From contig OY762964.1 in NCBI GenBank assembly GCA_963667035.1, forward strand, positions 1,504,001 to 1,568,000: a stretch of DNA of 64,000 nt. The letters are read 5' to 3'. Shown in pieces: positions 20,731 through 31,652 of the stretch. Positions within the stretch are counted from its first letter, which is position 1; every line of letters begins with the position of its first letter. The position numbers and the translations under genes were made by a program. A model generated the notes under the pieces. That model was not told the origin of the DNA and did not search any database. It saw nothing but the letters and a program-made list of their open reading frames with translations. This DNA is from Candidatus Cloacimonadales bacterium (GTDB taxonomy: Bacteria; Cloacimonadota; Cloacimonadia; Cloacimonadales; JAFGVF01).

Positions 20731-22632
20731 ATGAATAAAATGCAGAAGCAAAGAATTCTAGATTCTCTTGATTTAGAATTGAAGAACAGGCAGTATGTTA
20801 GAGTCGTTGAATCAGCAAAGGATTACTTGAAGAAAGAGGACGTACAAAATGATTCGTCCATGATTACCAGTCTGTATCGGTTAATAGCAAACAGTTATTT
20901 TTATCTAGCTCAATATGATAATGCTAGAGAAAGTTATTGGCATATTTATAACATTGCTTTGGCAAATAATGACGATACTAAACTGGCATTGGCATATCTT
21001 GGTATAGGAGGTTGCCACTTCCATCAGAACAAGACAAAACAAGCAGAAAAATATTTTCTTAAAGCAAAAGAACAGTATGAGAAAGATTCAGAGAATTCTG
21101 ATTTGAGTAATGTCTATAACTGGCTCGGAATTGTATACAATAAGCAAGAGAAACTGTATTTAGCATTAGAAATGAACCAAAAAGCAATGGAGTTCGCAGA
21201 GAAGAAGCAGAATTATGCTACAATGGAAACTTCATGTATTAGTGTAGCTCTTACATTCTTTTATATAGGTGATTCAGAAAGAGCTTTAGAATACTTCAAG
21301 AAAGCAGAAAGCATTAATAATCATACGAAAAACATTGCTGCTAAAGCCGATATTTATAATAATCTCGGAATGTTCTATAGAAGACAAAAGGACTATTGGG
21401 AAGCTGTTAAATATTATAAGAAAGCCATAGAACTGAGATTACAGTATTTTGATGAAGACTATCTCAGATTAGGATATTCTTATGGAAATTTAGCTGCAGC
21501 TGAAATTGATTTCGGAGATTACAAATCAGCTAAAAAAGATTTAGATAAAGCATTGGAGAGTTATAGTAAACTAGAGTATAATCCTAATCTTGTTCAAACT
21601 ATAATAGCTCAATTAGGTCTTATAGCAGTAAAAGAGAACGATGTCCAAGCAGTTAAAGCTGAGTTGGATAAATATGAAACAATCCAGTCAGAGTATAACA
21701 CTTCTGAAGAAATTGAACTATATTTATATGTTAAGTACATGTATTCTGAACTTATAGGAGATTTTAAAAATGCTCATGAATATCATAAGCAGTTCTCAGA
21801 AATAAGATACAAACAAGCAACTAAGTATCATGAGAAAGTCATAGAAGATATGGAAATGAGACTGAATTATGAGAAGAAAAAAGCAGAAGCAGAGATATAT
21901 CAGTTAAAGAATACTGAATTAGCAGAGGCGATAAAAACTAGAGATAAACTTTTTTCCGCAATTGCACATGATTTACGAGGTCCCATCTCTAGTATTGTTG
22001 AAGTCATGAGCTTAGTCCTACAGGATGACTCTTTTGAGTATAATGATATGGAAAGATTACTTCATGAGTTAAGAGCTAATGCAGTAAGTTCATATAATCT
22101 AGTTCAGAATCTTCTCTCTTGGGCCCGAACACAGATGGCAGTACTAAGTCCGGTAGTTGCAGAAATTGATTTGGATAAGATTACCGAAGACTGTTTATCT
22201 CAATTGGATTATTTATTGCAAAAGAAGGACATAAAGATAGAAAAGAAAGTATTAAAGGAATCAAGTTCTTTTGGAGACAAAGATATGATTTCTTTTATAG
22301 TTAGAAATTTGTTGAATAATGCTATCAAATTCACTGATGTTGGAGGACAGATAATAATAGATATTACATGTACATCTACATTTACTAGTTTTAAAATTAC
22401 TGACAATGGAGTAGGAATGACTGAGGAAAAGCAGAAACGTCTGTTTACATTCTTTACAGATAATTCAACTCCAGGGACAAACAATGAAATGGGAACCGGA
22501 TTAGGTTTAATCTTATGTAAAGATTTCGCTAAACTTCTTGACTCTGACCTCACAGTTGAGAGTGAACTTGGGAAAGGTAGTACATTCAATTTAAAACTTC
22601 CGATACAAAATCTAAACAGGTTGAAAGCATGA
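20731..22632 (+). CDS. TPR-containing sensor histidine kinase
   Basis: TPR repeats, H-box IAHDLRGP, N-box NLLNNAIKFT, G1 DNGVG and G2 GTGLGL. Confidence 0.9.
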   Translation: MNKMQKQRILDSLDLELKNRQYVRVVESAKDYLKKEDVQNDSSMITSLYRLIANSYFYLAQYDNARESYWHIYNIALANNDDTKLALAYLGIGGCHFHQNKTKQAEKYFLKAKEQYEKDSENSDLSNVYNWLGIVYNKQEKLYLALEMNQKAMEFAEKKQNYATMETSCISVALTFFYIGDSERALEYFKKAESINNHTKNIAAKADIYNNLGMFYRRQKDYWEAVKYYKKAIELRLQYFDEDYLRLGYSYGNLAAAEIDFGDYKSAKKDLDKALESYSKLEYNPNLVQTIIAQLGLIAVKENDVQAVKAELDKYETIQSEYNTSEEIELYLYVKYMYSELIGDFKNAHEYHKQFSEIRYKQATKYHEKVIEDMEMRLNYEKKKAEAEIYQLKNTELAEAIKTRDKLFSAIAHDLRGPISSIVEVMSLVLQDDSFEYNDMERLLHELRANAVSSYNLVQNLLSWARTQMAVLSPVVAEIDLDKITEDCLSQLDYLLQKKDIKIEKKVLKESSSFGDKDMISFIVRNLLNNAIKFTDVGGQIIIDITCTSTFTSFKITDNGVGMTEEKQKRLFTFFTDNSTPGTNNEMGTGLGLILCKDFAKLLDSDLTVESELGKGSTFNLKLPIQNLNRLKA

Positions 22633-24512
22633 ATGGAATAAAAGTAAGAGAGTTTGAAGAACAAATCAAAGTTTTAGGTGACCAACACAAGTATGATGAG
22701 ATTATTTCTCTGTGTATAAAGAATTGGAATTCCGAATCTGAAGACATTGTTTTACAAGCTAACATTGCGAGATCAATTGCAATATCTTACTTTTATAAAG
22801 CAGAATATGAGGAGGCTTTACATTGGAATAATCTCTTCTCAAATCTTGTTGCTGATATAGATAACAAACAATTACAAGCTAAAGCTGCTATGGGCAAAGG
22901 AGGTTGTTATTACCATCTTCATCAGCTGGATAAAGCTGAGAAATTCTTAAAGGAAGCTTTAACTATCTATGAAGAATTGGATAATGATTCTGACTTGGCA
23001 TATGCTTACAATTGGATGGGTATCGTATATAATAGCATGAATAATGTATATCTGGCTCTGGATATGAATATTAAAGCCCTTGAGAAAGCAAACAAAATTA
23101 ACCTTGTGAAAATTGTTGAATCAGCTTCTACTAGTATTGCATTATCCTTTATGGATCTTGATGATATAGATAAGGCAAAAGAGTTTTTTGACTCAGCTAT
23201 AAATGCAAATGCTATAACAAAGAATCCTTCAGCCAAGGCCGATATTCTAAACAATGTTGGCATGCTGTTAAGACAGGATAATCATGTTAAAGAATCCATA
23301 CCTAAATTTAAAAATTCAATTGAGATAAGAGAGAAATACTTTCCTAAAGATTATGCTAGAATTGCTCATTCATATTGTAATCTAGGTACATCAGAGTTCT
23401 TAGTGAACGATTTTGTATCGGCAAAAAAGCATTATTACCATGCATTAGATTTATATAAAAAGCTACCGGTCAATAGTGAATTATTGCAGAAGGTCATGTG
23501 CCAACTAGCATTAATATACGTACGAAGTAAGAATTATTCAAAAGCAAAAGAGTTTTTGAACATGTATCTTGTTCTTGAAAGACAATCGAAAAAGAAATAT
23601 TTCATTGATCTTTATTATAGAGTTTCTTACGAATATTATTACAATCTTGAAGACTATAAGAAAGCTATAAAATTCTTAGATTTAAATGCTACTTACAGAG
23701 TTGAAGAGGCAAAAAGATATACAAGAAAAGTTGTTGAAGACATGGAAATGAGGCTTGAATTCGAGAAAAAGAAAGTAGAAGCTGAAATCTATAAGTTAAA
23801 AAATGAGGAATTAGCAAAAGCAATTAATACAAGAGATAAATTATTCTCTGTAATCTCCCATGATTTGAGAGGTCCCGTATCAAATATTATTGAAGTTATC
23901 AAACTTCTTCAAGAAGATAGAAATTCAATTGATCCCAATGAACTTGAAATTGTCTTTAGTGAATTACTCAATAGTGCTACAAATGCATATAATCTCTTAC
24001 AGAATTTACTATCATGGGCTCGGTTACAAATGAAACAGTTTACTCCCAACTTATCGTCTTTATCTATTCCTGAAATTGTTAGTGATTGTATTCAACAGAC
24101 AGAGTATAGAATCAAGAAGAAAAGACTAAAAATTGTCAGACAAATAAAGTGTTCTTCGAAAGCTTACGGTGATAAGAACATGATAGATTTTATCATCCGA
24201 AATGTTGTTACAAATGCAATAAAGTTTTCTAATCCAGGGGGAGTAATAACATTCTCTACATCATGTGATTTAGAAAATGAATATGTAAAAATATCAGATA
24301 ATGGTGTTGGTATCTCAAAATCTAAGTTAAATACATTGTTTTCTTTTAGTAGAGACAAGTCTACCCGAGGAACAGCTAATGAGCAAGGCTCTGGTTTAGG
24401 TCTACTACTTTGCAAAGATTTTATCACTCTCAATCATGGTAAAATTGAAGTGGAAAGTGAGCCTGGAAAAGGAACATCGGTTATAATAACTCTTCCTAAA
24501 GCCACAATCTAA
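22629..24512 (+). CDS. TPR-containing sensor histidine kinase, paralog of the preceding gene
   Basis: TPR repeats, ISHDLRGP, NAIKFS, DNGVG and GSGLGL. Confidence 0.9.
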   Translation: MNGIKVREFEEQIKVLGDQHKYDEIISLCIKNWNSESEDIVLQANIARSIAISYFYKAEYEEALHWNNLFSNLVADIDNKQLQAKAAMGKGGCYYHLHQLDKAEKFLKEALTIYEELDNDSDLAYAYNWMGIVYNSMNNVYLALDMNIKALEKANKINLVKIVESASTSIALSFMDLDDIDKAKEFFDSAINANAITKNPSAKADILNNVGMLLRQDNHVKESIPKFKNSIEIREKYFPKDYARIAHSYCNLGTSEFLVNDFVSAKKHYYHALDLYKKLPVNSELLQKVMCQLALIYVRSKNYSKAKEFLNMYLVLERQSKKKYFIDLYYRVSYEYYYNLEDYKKAIKFLDLNATYRVEEAKRYTRKVVEDMEMRLEFEKKKVEAEIYKLKNEELAKAINTRDKLFSVISHDLRGPVSNIIEVIKLLQEDRNSIDPNELEIVFSELLNSATNAYNLLQNLLSWARLQMKQFTPNLSSLSIPEIVSDCIQQTEYRIKKKRLKIVRQIKCSSKAYGDKNMIDFIIRNVVTNAIKFSNPGGVITFSTSCDLENEYVKISDNGVGISKSKLNTLFSFSRDKSTRGTANEQGSGLGLLLCKDFITLNHGKIEVESEPGKGTSVIITLPKATI

Positions 24513-24606
24513 AGCATAGACATTGAGATAATGTGTTATAAGAGACGATAAAGCTTGCCAATTGCATAATAGTAAGAATTATTGTTAAAAAATTAGGATA
24601 TTGAAA

Positions 24607-25062
24607 ATGGGACTTAGACGATTAGCAAGAGAGTTAGCCTTAAAAGCTCTTTACTCATACGAATTTATGGATGAGCAAGAATCTGCTGATTACTATAAAC
24701 TCTACAATGAGTTGAATAGTCATTTAGTTGATATAGCTCAAACCGAGCATGATTTTGAAAAGAATCCAACCTCTGACAAATCAATAGAATTCGCTTCTCA
24801 AATTTTAAAAGCTCTTATCTTTAATGTAGATAATGTAGATGAAATAATTAATAATCAAAGTGATAACTGGTCTATTGAGAGACTAGCTGTTATTGATAGA
24901 GAAATATTGAGAGTTGCTGTTACTGAGATGAAGTATTTAGATACTCCCCACCCGATTATTATCAATGAAGCTATTGAAATTGCGAAGAAGTATAGTACTG
25001 AAAACTCTGGAAAGTTTGTTAATGGTATACTAGATGCAATAAGTGGAGATCTTAGTAAGTAA
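24607..25062 (+). CDS. nusB: transcription antitermination factor NusB
   Basis: RRLARELALKALY, WSIERL...DR.ILR and INEAIEIAKKYS...SGKFVNGILD motifs. Confidence 0.93.
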   Translation: MGLRRLARELALKALYSYEFMDEQESADYYKLYNELNSHLVDIAQTEHDFEKNPTSDKSIEFASQILKALIFNVDNVDEIINNQSDNWSIERLAVIDREILRVAVTEMKYLDTPHPIIINEAIEIAKKYSTENSGKFVNGILDAISGDLSK

Positions 25063-25955
25063 TGTCAGTTTTAAAGTGTAGCATTGGAGTATTTGCATAT
25101 AATGAGGAAAAGAACATTGGTAAGCTACTTGATGCACTTCTTAATCAAAATCTAAAGAACGTAGAGATACAAGAAATCCTAGTAGTCTCAAGTGCCTGCT
25201 CTGATAATACAGATAATATTGTAAGAAGTTACGCTAATAAATCTCCTTTGATTAGACTCATTTCTGAGAAAAAAAGAAATGGTAAATCCGCCTCTATAAA
25301 TCACTTTATTAGTGATTCTATAACTGATATATTAGTTATTGAAAGTGCTGATACTATTCCTCATCAAGACACAATCGAAAAGCTTGTTTCACCTTTCAGA
25401 GATAATCAAGTAGGAATGACAGGCGGTAGACCTATTCCAGAAAATTCAGATAAGACTTTTATAGGATACGCTGTTAATTTGCTATGGAGACTACATCATA
25501 AAATGGCTCTTATGAGTCCTAAACTTGGAGAAATGGTAGCTTTTAGAAAATTATTCAAAGGAATTCCATCTGAAAGTGCTGTAGATGAAGCCAGTATTGA
25601 AGCTCTAATCAAAGAGAATGGTTTACTAATTAAGTATATTCCGGATGCCACAATTTATAATAAAGGACCTGAGAACATTACTGATTTTATTAAACAGAGA
25701 AGAAGAATTGAAACCGGACATCTGTGGTTAAAGACAAATCAGAATCACAAAGTATCATCTCAATCTGGGATTATCCTAATAAATTTAGCTATCTCCGAGC
25801 TAATTGAGAACCCGGTTAATATGTTTAAACTACTAGGCGTAATACTCTTGGAGATCTGGTGTAGATTATTAGGAAAATACGACTTTTACATTAAAAGAAA
25901 GAATCCTTTCGTTTGGGATATTGCAAAATCAACTAAGGACTTAAAAAAAATCTAA
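25062..25955 (+). CDS. glycosyltransferase family 2
   Basis: AYNEEKNI, GK...IN, ADT and QRRR motifs. Confidence 0.85.
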   Translation: MSVLKCSIGVFAYNEEKNIGKLLDALLNQNLKNVEIQEILVVSSACSDNTDNIVRSYANKSPLIRLISEKKRNGKSASINHFISDSITDILVIESADTIPHQDTIEKLVSPFRDNQVGMTGGRPIPENSDKTFIGYAVNLLWRLHHKMALMSPKLGEMVAFRKLFKGIPSESAVDEASIEALIKENGLLIKYIPDATIYNKGPENITDFIKQRRRIETGHLWLKTNQNHKVSSQSGIILINLAISELIENPVNMFKLLGVILLEIWCRLLGKYDFYIKRKNPFVWDIAKSTKDLKKI

Positions 25956-25956
25956 C

Positions 25957-27039
25957 ATGATAATACTATTTTTTAGAACCCTATTGTATAAATTATTCTA
26001 CAGATTTGGCTTCCCTAAATTGTTACCAATGAATTACACAATCAGTCTCTTATACAATTGTAATTCCAGATGCTCAACTTGTAATATCTGGAAGAAATCG
26101 GCTAACAACATGACTGCTTCAGAATATGAACGTTTCTTCAAATCAGTTGGAAAATCACCTTATTGGATTACATTTAGTGGAGGAGAACCATTTCTTAGAA
26201 GAGACATTGTTAAAGTTGTTACGACTATCTATAACATATCTAAACCTAAAATCATGAATTTTCCTAGCAATGGTATTTTGACAAAGAAGATCGTAAGTGA
26301 TGTTAAGAATATATGTCGGGCATGTCCAAAATCTCAAATAATTGTTAATCTCTCAATAGATGGCATAGAAAAAGAGCATGACAGGATTAGAAATATTGAG
26401 GGTAATTTTAAAAATGTTATTAAGACATATAGCCGTCTTAAAGCTTTAGAGTTTGATAATCTTGAAATTGGTATACATACGGTAATATCAAGATTTAATG
26501 TTCATAACTTTGCTGCTATTGCAAGTTACATGATAGATTTAAACCCTGACTCTTATATTACTGAGATAGCTGAAGAAAGAACTGAACTTGATACTATTGG
26601 TAGTAATATTACTCCTACTCTTCTTCAATACAAATCTGCAATTGATTTTCTTATTCACAGAATAAAGAACAACAAATATAAGGGCGTAAGTAAAATTACT
26701 CAAGCATTTAGAGTTGAATACTATACTCTTGTAAAGGAAGTACTGAGAGATAGAAAACAAGTTATCCCATGCTATTCAGGTATCAGTTCTGTACAAATTT
26801 CACCGGAAGGGGACGTATGGTCTTGTTGTATAAAGGCTAAATCAATGGGTAATCTTAGAGAAAAAAACTATCAATTTAAGGATATATGGTTTAATCGAGA
26901 CTTCCGGAAGGAACGTGAATCTATCAGAAACAAGGAGTGTTGGTGTCCTTTAGCTAATGCTTCTTATACAAATATGTTAATGGATTTTAAAACACTGTTC
27001 CGAGTATTCTATAGAGTATTTATTAAGTGGTATAACTAG
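25957..27039 (+). CDS. radical SAM protein with SPASM/twitch-like C-terminus
   Basis: CNSRCSTC (CX3CX2C), SGGEPFLR and C-terminal PCYSG...GDVWSCC. Confidence 0.9.
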   Translation: MIILFFRTLLYKLFYRFGFPKLLPMNYTISLLYNCNSRCSTCNIWKKSANNMTASEYERFFKSVGKSPYWITFSGGEPFLRRDIVKVVTTIYNISKPKIMNFPSNGILTKKIVSDVKNICRACPKSQIIVNLSIDGIEKEHDRIRNIEGNFKNVIKTYSRLKALEFDNLEIGIHTVISRFNVHNFAAIASYMIDLNPDSYITEIAEERTELDTIGSNITPTLLQYKSAIDFLIHRIKNNKYKGVSKITQAFRVEYYTLVKEVLRDRKQVIPCYSGISSVQISPEGDVWSCCIKAKSMGNLREKNYQFKDIWFNRDFRKERESIRNKECWCPLANASYTNMLMDFKTLFRVFYRVFIKWYN

Positions 27040-27048
27040 GAGGGGAAG

Positions 27049-28470
27049 TTGTTTCATATAGAAATTGCTAAATCTGATTCAGGAAGTAATCTTAGTTTTT
27101 CTGATTACTTTCCGAATTCGCAAAAGAGTTTTTTTCTTCTTACGTATAATTTGAATAATAGCTCTTTTCTGAAGTCAGTTAATGCATTTGTATTGGAAGA
27201 AATACTAAAATTAAAACCAAACAGTATCTCAGAAAACAATATAAAAGATAAACTAGTTGAGTTCTTTAATGATTTACACTGGAAAATTAATGCCATGTTT
27301 AACAAATCAGGAGATAAGCAAAAGGGCATTTCTCTTTTTTTTGCTATCAAAAGGAATGAAAATATATATTTTGTTCAATTCGGAAGACTTGCAATTGGTC
27401 TGATAACAGAAATGAAGTTTAGAGAGATTGGTCTAAGCTGGGATATGTACCCAATAGCCACTGTCGAATCTTTGAATCAGTTAGGCTCTATTCAACAGGA
27501 TATTCCTGTTAATGTTCACTCGATAGTTTTAGGCTCTGATAGTACTTTGTTTGCTTTCCCATCTAAGCAAATTCCAATAATTAAAGAAAGTGTAAAGCAT
27601 GGAGCAAATTCTGTTCTTACAGCTTTACTAGCTCCTGAAGAAGAAGTAAATCACTATATATATATATCAAATCTTCCAGAGAAATTGATGAAGCCGATGA
27701 AGTTCTTCAGGGGTCATTCTTTCAGGGTAAGTGCTATTGTTTTTAGTGTTATTATAATAGTTACAATGCTTTATTACTTCCTTGGTGATAATTATGTAGA
27801 ACAAGTAGGTTATAAAACAGAAGAATCACTCACAAGTCATAATATTCTTTTTGAGCTAAAGAATCTAACAGATTCAATCAATAACCCTGAGTTAGAAAAA
27901 CAATTGGCAAAATATGTTTATTCTCCAGCCAAAGACTTAAGCTTAAAGATTGTCTGGCAAGGTAAGTTTACTCACAATATTACCTATCCCCCACTCTTTG
28001 ACTACAATAATATCTATCTAATAATTGAGAACAACATTGCTGCAGTTTCTAAAAAATCAAAGGAAGTCGTTTGGCAAATTAAGACAGAATCCGTAATACT
28101 AGAAGCTAAAACCGTTGAAAACAATCTTCTTATACATTGTAGTAACAATGAGATTCTTTTGTTGAATGCTAAAGGTGATACTATCTGGAGAACTTCCCAA
28201 AGGAAAGATATCAGGAAACTAGCTCATAAATATCATTCATCTATCATTGTTACCAGAAAAGAGGATAAGCGTTTAAATAGTGGTATTATGATTGACACTC
28301 AAAATAATCAAATTGATATATTCAGTTTAATTACAGGTGAGAATGTTTCTTCTATTACGTTCGATGCTCAGGTCAAATACATTAGTGACTATGATACTAT
28401 AAATAATTGCCTATATGCAATTGTTGGGCAGAACTTAGTAATACTTAAGTTATCGATAAAGGTTTGGTAA
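27049..28470 (+). CDS. hypothetical membrane-anchored protein with a C-terminal beta-propeller-like (PQQ/BamB-like) region
   Basis: One central TM segment; repeated ..VVW/..IW blade-like motifs; GGAGG RBS before a TTG start. Confidence 0.55.
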   Translation: MFHIEIAKSDSGSNLSFSDYFPNSQKSFFLLTYNLNNSSFLKSVNAFVLEEILKLKPNSISENNIKDKLVEFFNDLHWKINAMFNKSGDKQKGISLFFAIKRNENIYFVQFGRLAIGLITEMKFREIGLSWDMYPIATVESLNQLGSIQQDIPVNVHSIVLGSDSTLFAFPSKQIPIIKESVKHGANSVLTALLAPEEEVNHYIYISNLPEKLMKPMKFFRGHSFRVSAIVFSVIIIVTMLYYFLGDNYVEQVGYKTEESLTSHNILFELKNLTDSINNPELEKQLAKYVYSPAKDLSLKIVWQGKFTHNITYPPLFDYNNIYLIIENNIAAVSKKSKEVVWQIKTESVILEAKTVENNLLIHCSNNEILLLNAKGDTIWRTSQRKDIRKLAHKYHSSIIVTRKEDKRLNSGIMIDTQNNQIDIFSLITGENVSSITFDAQVKYISDYDTINNCLYAIVGQNLVILKLSIKVW

Positions 28471-28471
28471 A

Positions 28472-29635
28472 ATGGCTATTTATAAGTTGAGTAACACTAT
28501 TCAAAACTATGATTGGGGTACTACCGATTTTATACCTAAGCTCATCAATATTGATAATAATGATTCAAGACCTTGTGCTGAGTTATGGATGGGAGCTCAT
28601 CCAAAAGCCCCATCAAGATTAATAATAGATAACTCTCCATGTGAATTGGATAAGTTTATCGCAGAATCACCTAATATTGTTTTGGGTAGAGATGCTGCTT
28701 CTATATATAACAATAAACTACCTTTTCTCTTCAAAGTTTTAAGTGCATCTAAAGCATTATCAATTCAAGCACATCCTGATAAGAAACAAGCTAAACAAGG
28801 ATTTGATAAAGAAAACATGCTAGGAATTGATTTAGAGTCACGAGAAAGGAATTATAAAGATGACAATCATAAGCCGGAGTTGATACTTGCACTTTCTCCC
28901 TTTATAGCTATGTGTGGATTTAGATCTTTACCTGAAATTCAACTGTTAATGGAGTTGTTAGAGATTAATGACCTTTTTCCGAGTGTTTATAAGGGATATG
29001 AAGAATTTTTTAAAGATTATATCAATACTGATGACTCAATTATAACTGACTGTCTCATGACTAGAATAAATGAAAAGAGAAATTCAAACATCTCCGTAAA
29101 CAAAATCTTATCATGGTGCCTCCAGTTATACAACCAGTTTGGAAAGCAGATAGGAATCCTTGCACCTCTATTTTTGAACATAGTGAAGCTTAATAAAGGT
29201 GAAGCAATCTATTTAAAAGCAGGTGTTCTCCATGCATATCTGCAGGGTTCTGGTTTGGAGATAATGGCTAATTCCGACAATGTGCTTAGAGCCGGACTGA
29301 CATCAAAACATATTGATAAGATTGAGATTTTAAAGGTACTAAGTTTTGAACATCATCCTGTATCAATTGTCAATACAGTTTTTAAGAATGATAATGAGTT
29401 AGTATACAAGACAGATGCTACTGAGTTTGAGCTATCTTGTATCTTTATTAAGTCCAATCATGAGATTCGATTATCTGTTCACAGTGCAGAGATTATTCTT
29501 TGCACAGAAGGTAATCTCATTGTAAATAATGTTTCTATTAGTAAAGGACAATCACTGTTTGTTTCTGCTGATGAGCAGGAAATATTAATCAATGGTGATG
29601 GTATTTTATATAGAGCTAAAACACCTTGCAGATAA
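28472..29635 (+). CDS. manA: mannose-6-phosphate isomerase, class I
   Basis: QNYDWG, AELWMGAHP, LSIQAHP, YKDDNHKPE, HAYL.G and EIMANSDNVLRAGLT.KH motifs. Confidence 0.95.
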   Translation: MAIYKLSNTIQNYDWGTTDFIPKLINIDNNDSRPCAELWMGAHPKAPSRLIIDNSPCELDKFIAESPNIVLGRDAASIYNNKLPFLFKVLSASKALSIQAHPDKKQAKQGFDKENMLGIDLESRERNYKDDNHKPELILALSPFIAMCGFRSLPEIQLLMELLEINDLFPSVYKGYEEFFKDYINTDDSIITDCLMTRINEKRNSNISVNKILSWCLQLYNQFGKQIGILAPLFLNIVKLNKGEAIYLKAGVLHAYLQGSGLEIMANSDNVLRAGLTSKHIDKIEILKVLSFEHHPVSIVNTVFKNDNELVYKTDATEFELSCIFIKSNHEIRLSVHSAEIILCTEGNLIVNNVSISKGQSLFVSADEQEILINGDGILYRAKTPCR

Positions 29636-30562
29636 CTAGAAGAATTTTCTTTTTATAAATATAAAAACAACTATTAGCGATAACCCAATCGATATAAGAG
29701 TTAGAAATGTAAAGGCATGTGGAGATCCGGCTATTGGAAGTTTTATATTCATTCCATAGAAACTGGCAATGAGTGTAGGCAACATTAGAACAATCGTAAT
29801 TGATGTGAGAAACTTCATAACTATGTTAAGGTTGTTAGATATCATCGAAGAAAAAGCATTCATAGAATTACTCACGATCTTTGCATAAATGCTCGCCATA
29901 GCAATAGCCTGTTTGTTCTCAACAATTACATCGTCTAGCAAATCATCTGCTTCCGGATCTTCTAAAAGCCATCTAGAACGTGAAAACTTCTCATGCATTA
30001 TCTCATTTGAGCGTAATGAAGTGTTAAAGTAAACAAGGCACTTCTCAACAAACATTAACTCAGTTAAATCTTCGTTCTTTAGTGTTTGATGTAGATTTCT
30101 TTCAAGTTCATTCATATTCTTATTTATTTCTTTCAAGTAGTTCAAGTATTTTACAGAATTTCTCAACATGATTTGTAAAACAAATTGCTGTGGAGTAATA
30201 TTGAATGGTCTATGTGTACCTTTAGTAAATCTACTCATTATTGAGGGATCCTCTTTGCAAATTGTTACAACCTGTTCGTCTGTGATAATGATACCCATTG
30301 GCATAGTTTTAAATGGAGTTACTTCATTATTAGTACGCACCGGAACACGCAATATAATTAAGATATTACCATCTTCATATTCAACACGGGAATTTTCATC
30401 AGCATCTAAAGGATCCGTAATAAAATCAATAGGGACTTCTAATTCTTTTTCCATAAATATTATCTCGTAATTAGAAGGATTAGTCACATGAGTCCAAAAA
30501 GCCCCATCTATCTTTTTCTGTTCAACTAAACTGCGATCTTCTATTCCGAAATATCTGACCAT
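29636..30562 (-). CDS. corA: CorA family magnesium transporter
   Basis: Two C-terminal TM helices with the YGMN signature. Confidence 0.92.
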   Translation of the reverse strand: MVRYFGIEDRSLVEQKKIDGAFWTHVTNPSNYEIIFMEKELEVPIDFITDPLDADENSRVEYEDGNILIILRVPVRTNNEVTPFKTMPMGIIITDEQVVTICKEDPSIMSRFTKGTHRPFNITPQQFVLQIMLRNSVKYLNYLKEINKNMNELERNLHQTLKNEDLTELMFVEKCLVYFNTSLRSNEIMHEKFSRSRWLLEDPEADDLLDDVIVENKQAIAMASIYAKIVSNSMNAFSSMISNNLNIVMKFLTSITIVLMLPTLIASFYGMNIKLPIAGSPHAFTFLTLISIGLSLIVVFIFIKRKFF

Positions 30563-30664
30563 ATTAACATCCCTATGTTGTTTTATTCAATTAAATCCTC
30601 GTATAAATCCTAGTCAATTAATAATATTTCCTGACGATAAAATTAATACTAGCTTAAATACTTC

Positions 30665-31260
30665 TCAATAATGATCTGGTTCCAAGTGATCACCTGTACC
30701 TGCAGTAAACCCACCTTCTGCAGATAAACTAAAAGCTGATTTCATAGCAATTGCTGAAGTTGTTTTATTAAAAACTTCATTACCTTTAGCATTATTGATA
30801 GAAACAGTAAAAGCTGTAGTTCCGTTATTTGTTCCTACATTTCTAATCTCAACAGCAGGTTCAATATGAGTATTATAATCTACCCAATAATCATTAGCTG
30901 TATTGATTGTTATAGGATCATATAAAAAAATATCATTCCAACTTTCAGCTTGAAAGTTGGTTACACTCTGAGTGTATATTTCACTGGTCGGAGTTAAAGC
31001 ACTTGTTCCTTGATATACTTTCAAAATAATAGTAAGTATCATTATAGAATTGAATTATTTCAATTGTAGCATCATTGTATTGAGCTAATTCATCAATTGT
31101 ATAACGGGCTCATGCTTTGAATGTTAGTGCACTAATCTGTTCCAATTCCACAGGCATTGTCTCCGTCATAATGCAATACAACTTCTTATCCTGTTAAATC
31201 CGGACTTCCACCGTTAGTTCTTATAGAGCTAAACCGGGGTTGGCAATAATCCCGACTGTT
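30665..31260 (-). pseudogene. decayed fragment of a secreted/surface protein
   Basis: Reading ...DLTG*EVVLHYDGDNACGIG (frameshift) ...TFKA*ARYTIDELAQY..., then continuing after another shift into ORF 30665-31042; in-frame stops at 31186-31188 and 31110-31112. Confidence 0.6.
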
Positions 31261-31323
31261 ACTATTAATTAGAATAACAAACTAAGCGGTTTCCTATTAA
31301 ATTCTCCCTCGCATATATGAGTG

Positions 31324-31638
31324 CTAATATACTTTTTCTATAGGTAAAAGGTATACTTTACCAATATCGTTTCCTTTAAAATCTATTCCTGCATGTTTTA
31401 GCTCTTCTAAAATAAATTCTACTTGCTCCTCATCTGCAATACCCATAATTATTTTACCATAATCTCTTTGCGAACCGTAGCTATCACGGAAACTTGCAAA
31501 GAGAGGTACATCAAAGACAAGCTTATGACCAATAGCTTCACCGCCGAGAACTATAGTATCCTCGACTCCTGCTTCTGTAAGAGCCATTAACACGTCAGAA
31601 AGATATTTCTCTCTGAAAAGATGCATTATCATATACAT
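31324..31638 (-). CDS. P-II/GlnB-like small protein
   Basis: 104 aa; LSDVLMALTEAGV and G.GKVYLLPIE resemble the P-II fold termini. Confidence 0.6.
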   Translation of the reverse strand: MYMIMHLFREKYLSDVLMALTEAGVEDTIVLGGEAIGHKLVFDVPLFASFRDSYGSQRDYGKIIMGIADEEQVEFILEELKHAGIDFKGNDIGKVYLLPIEKVY

Positions 31639-31652
31639 ATCTATTCTCCTGT

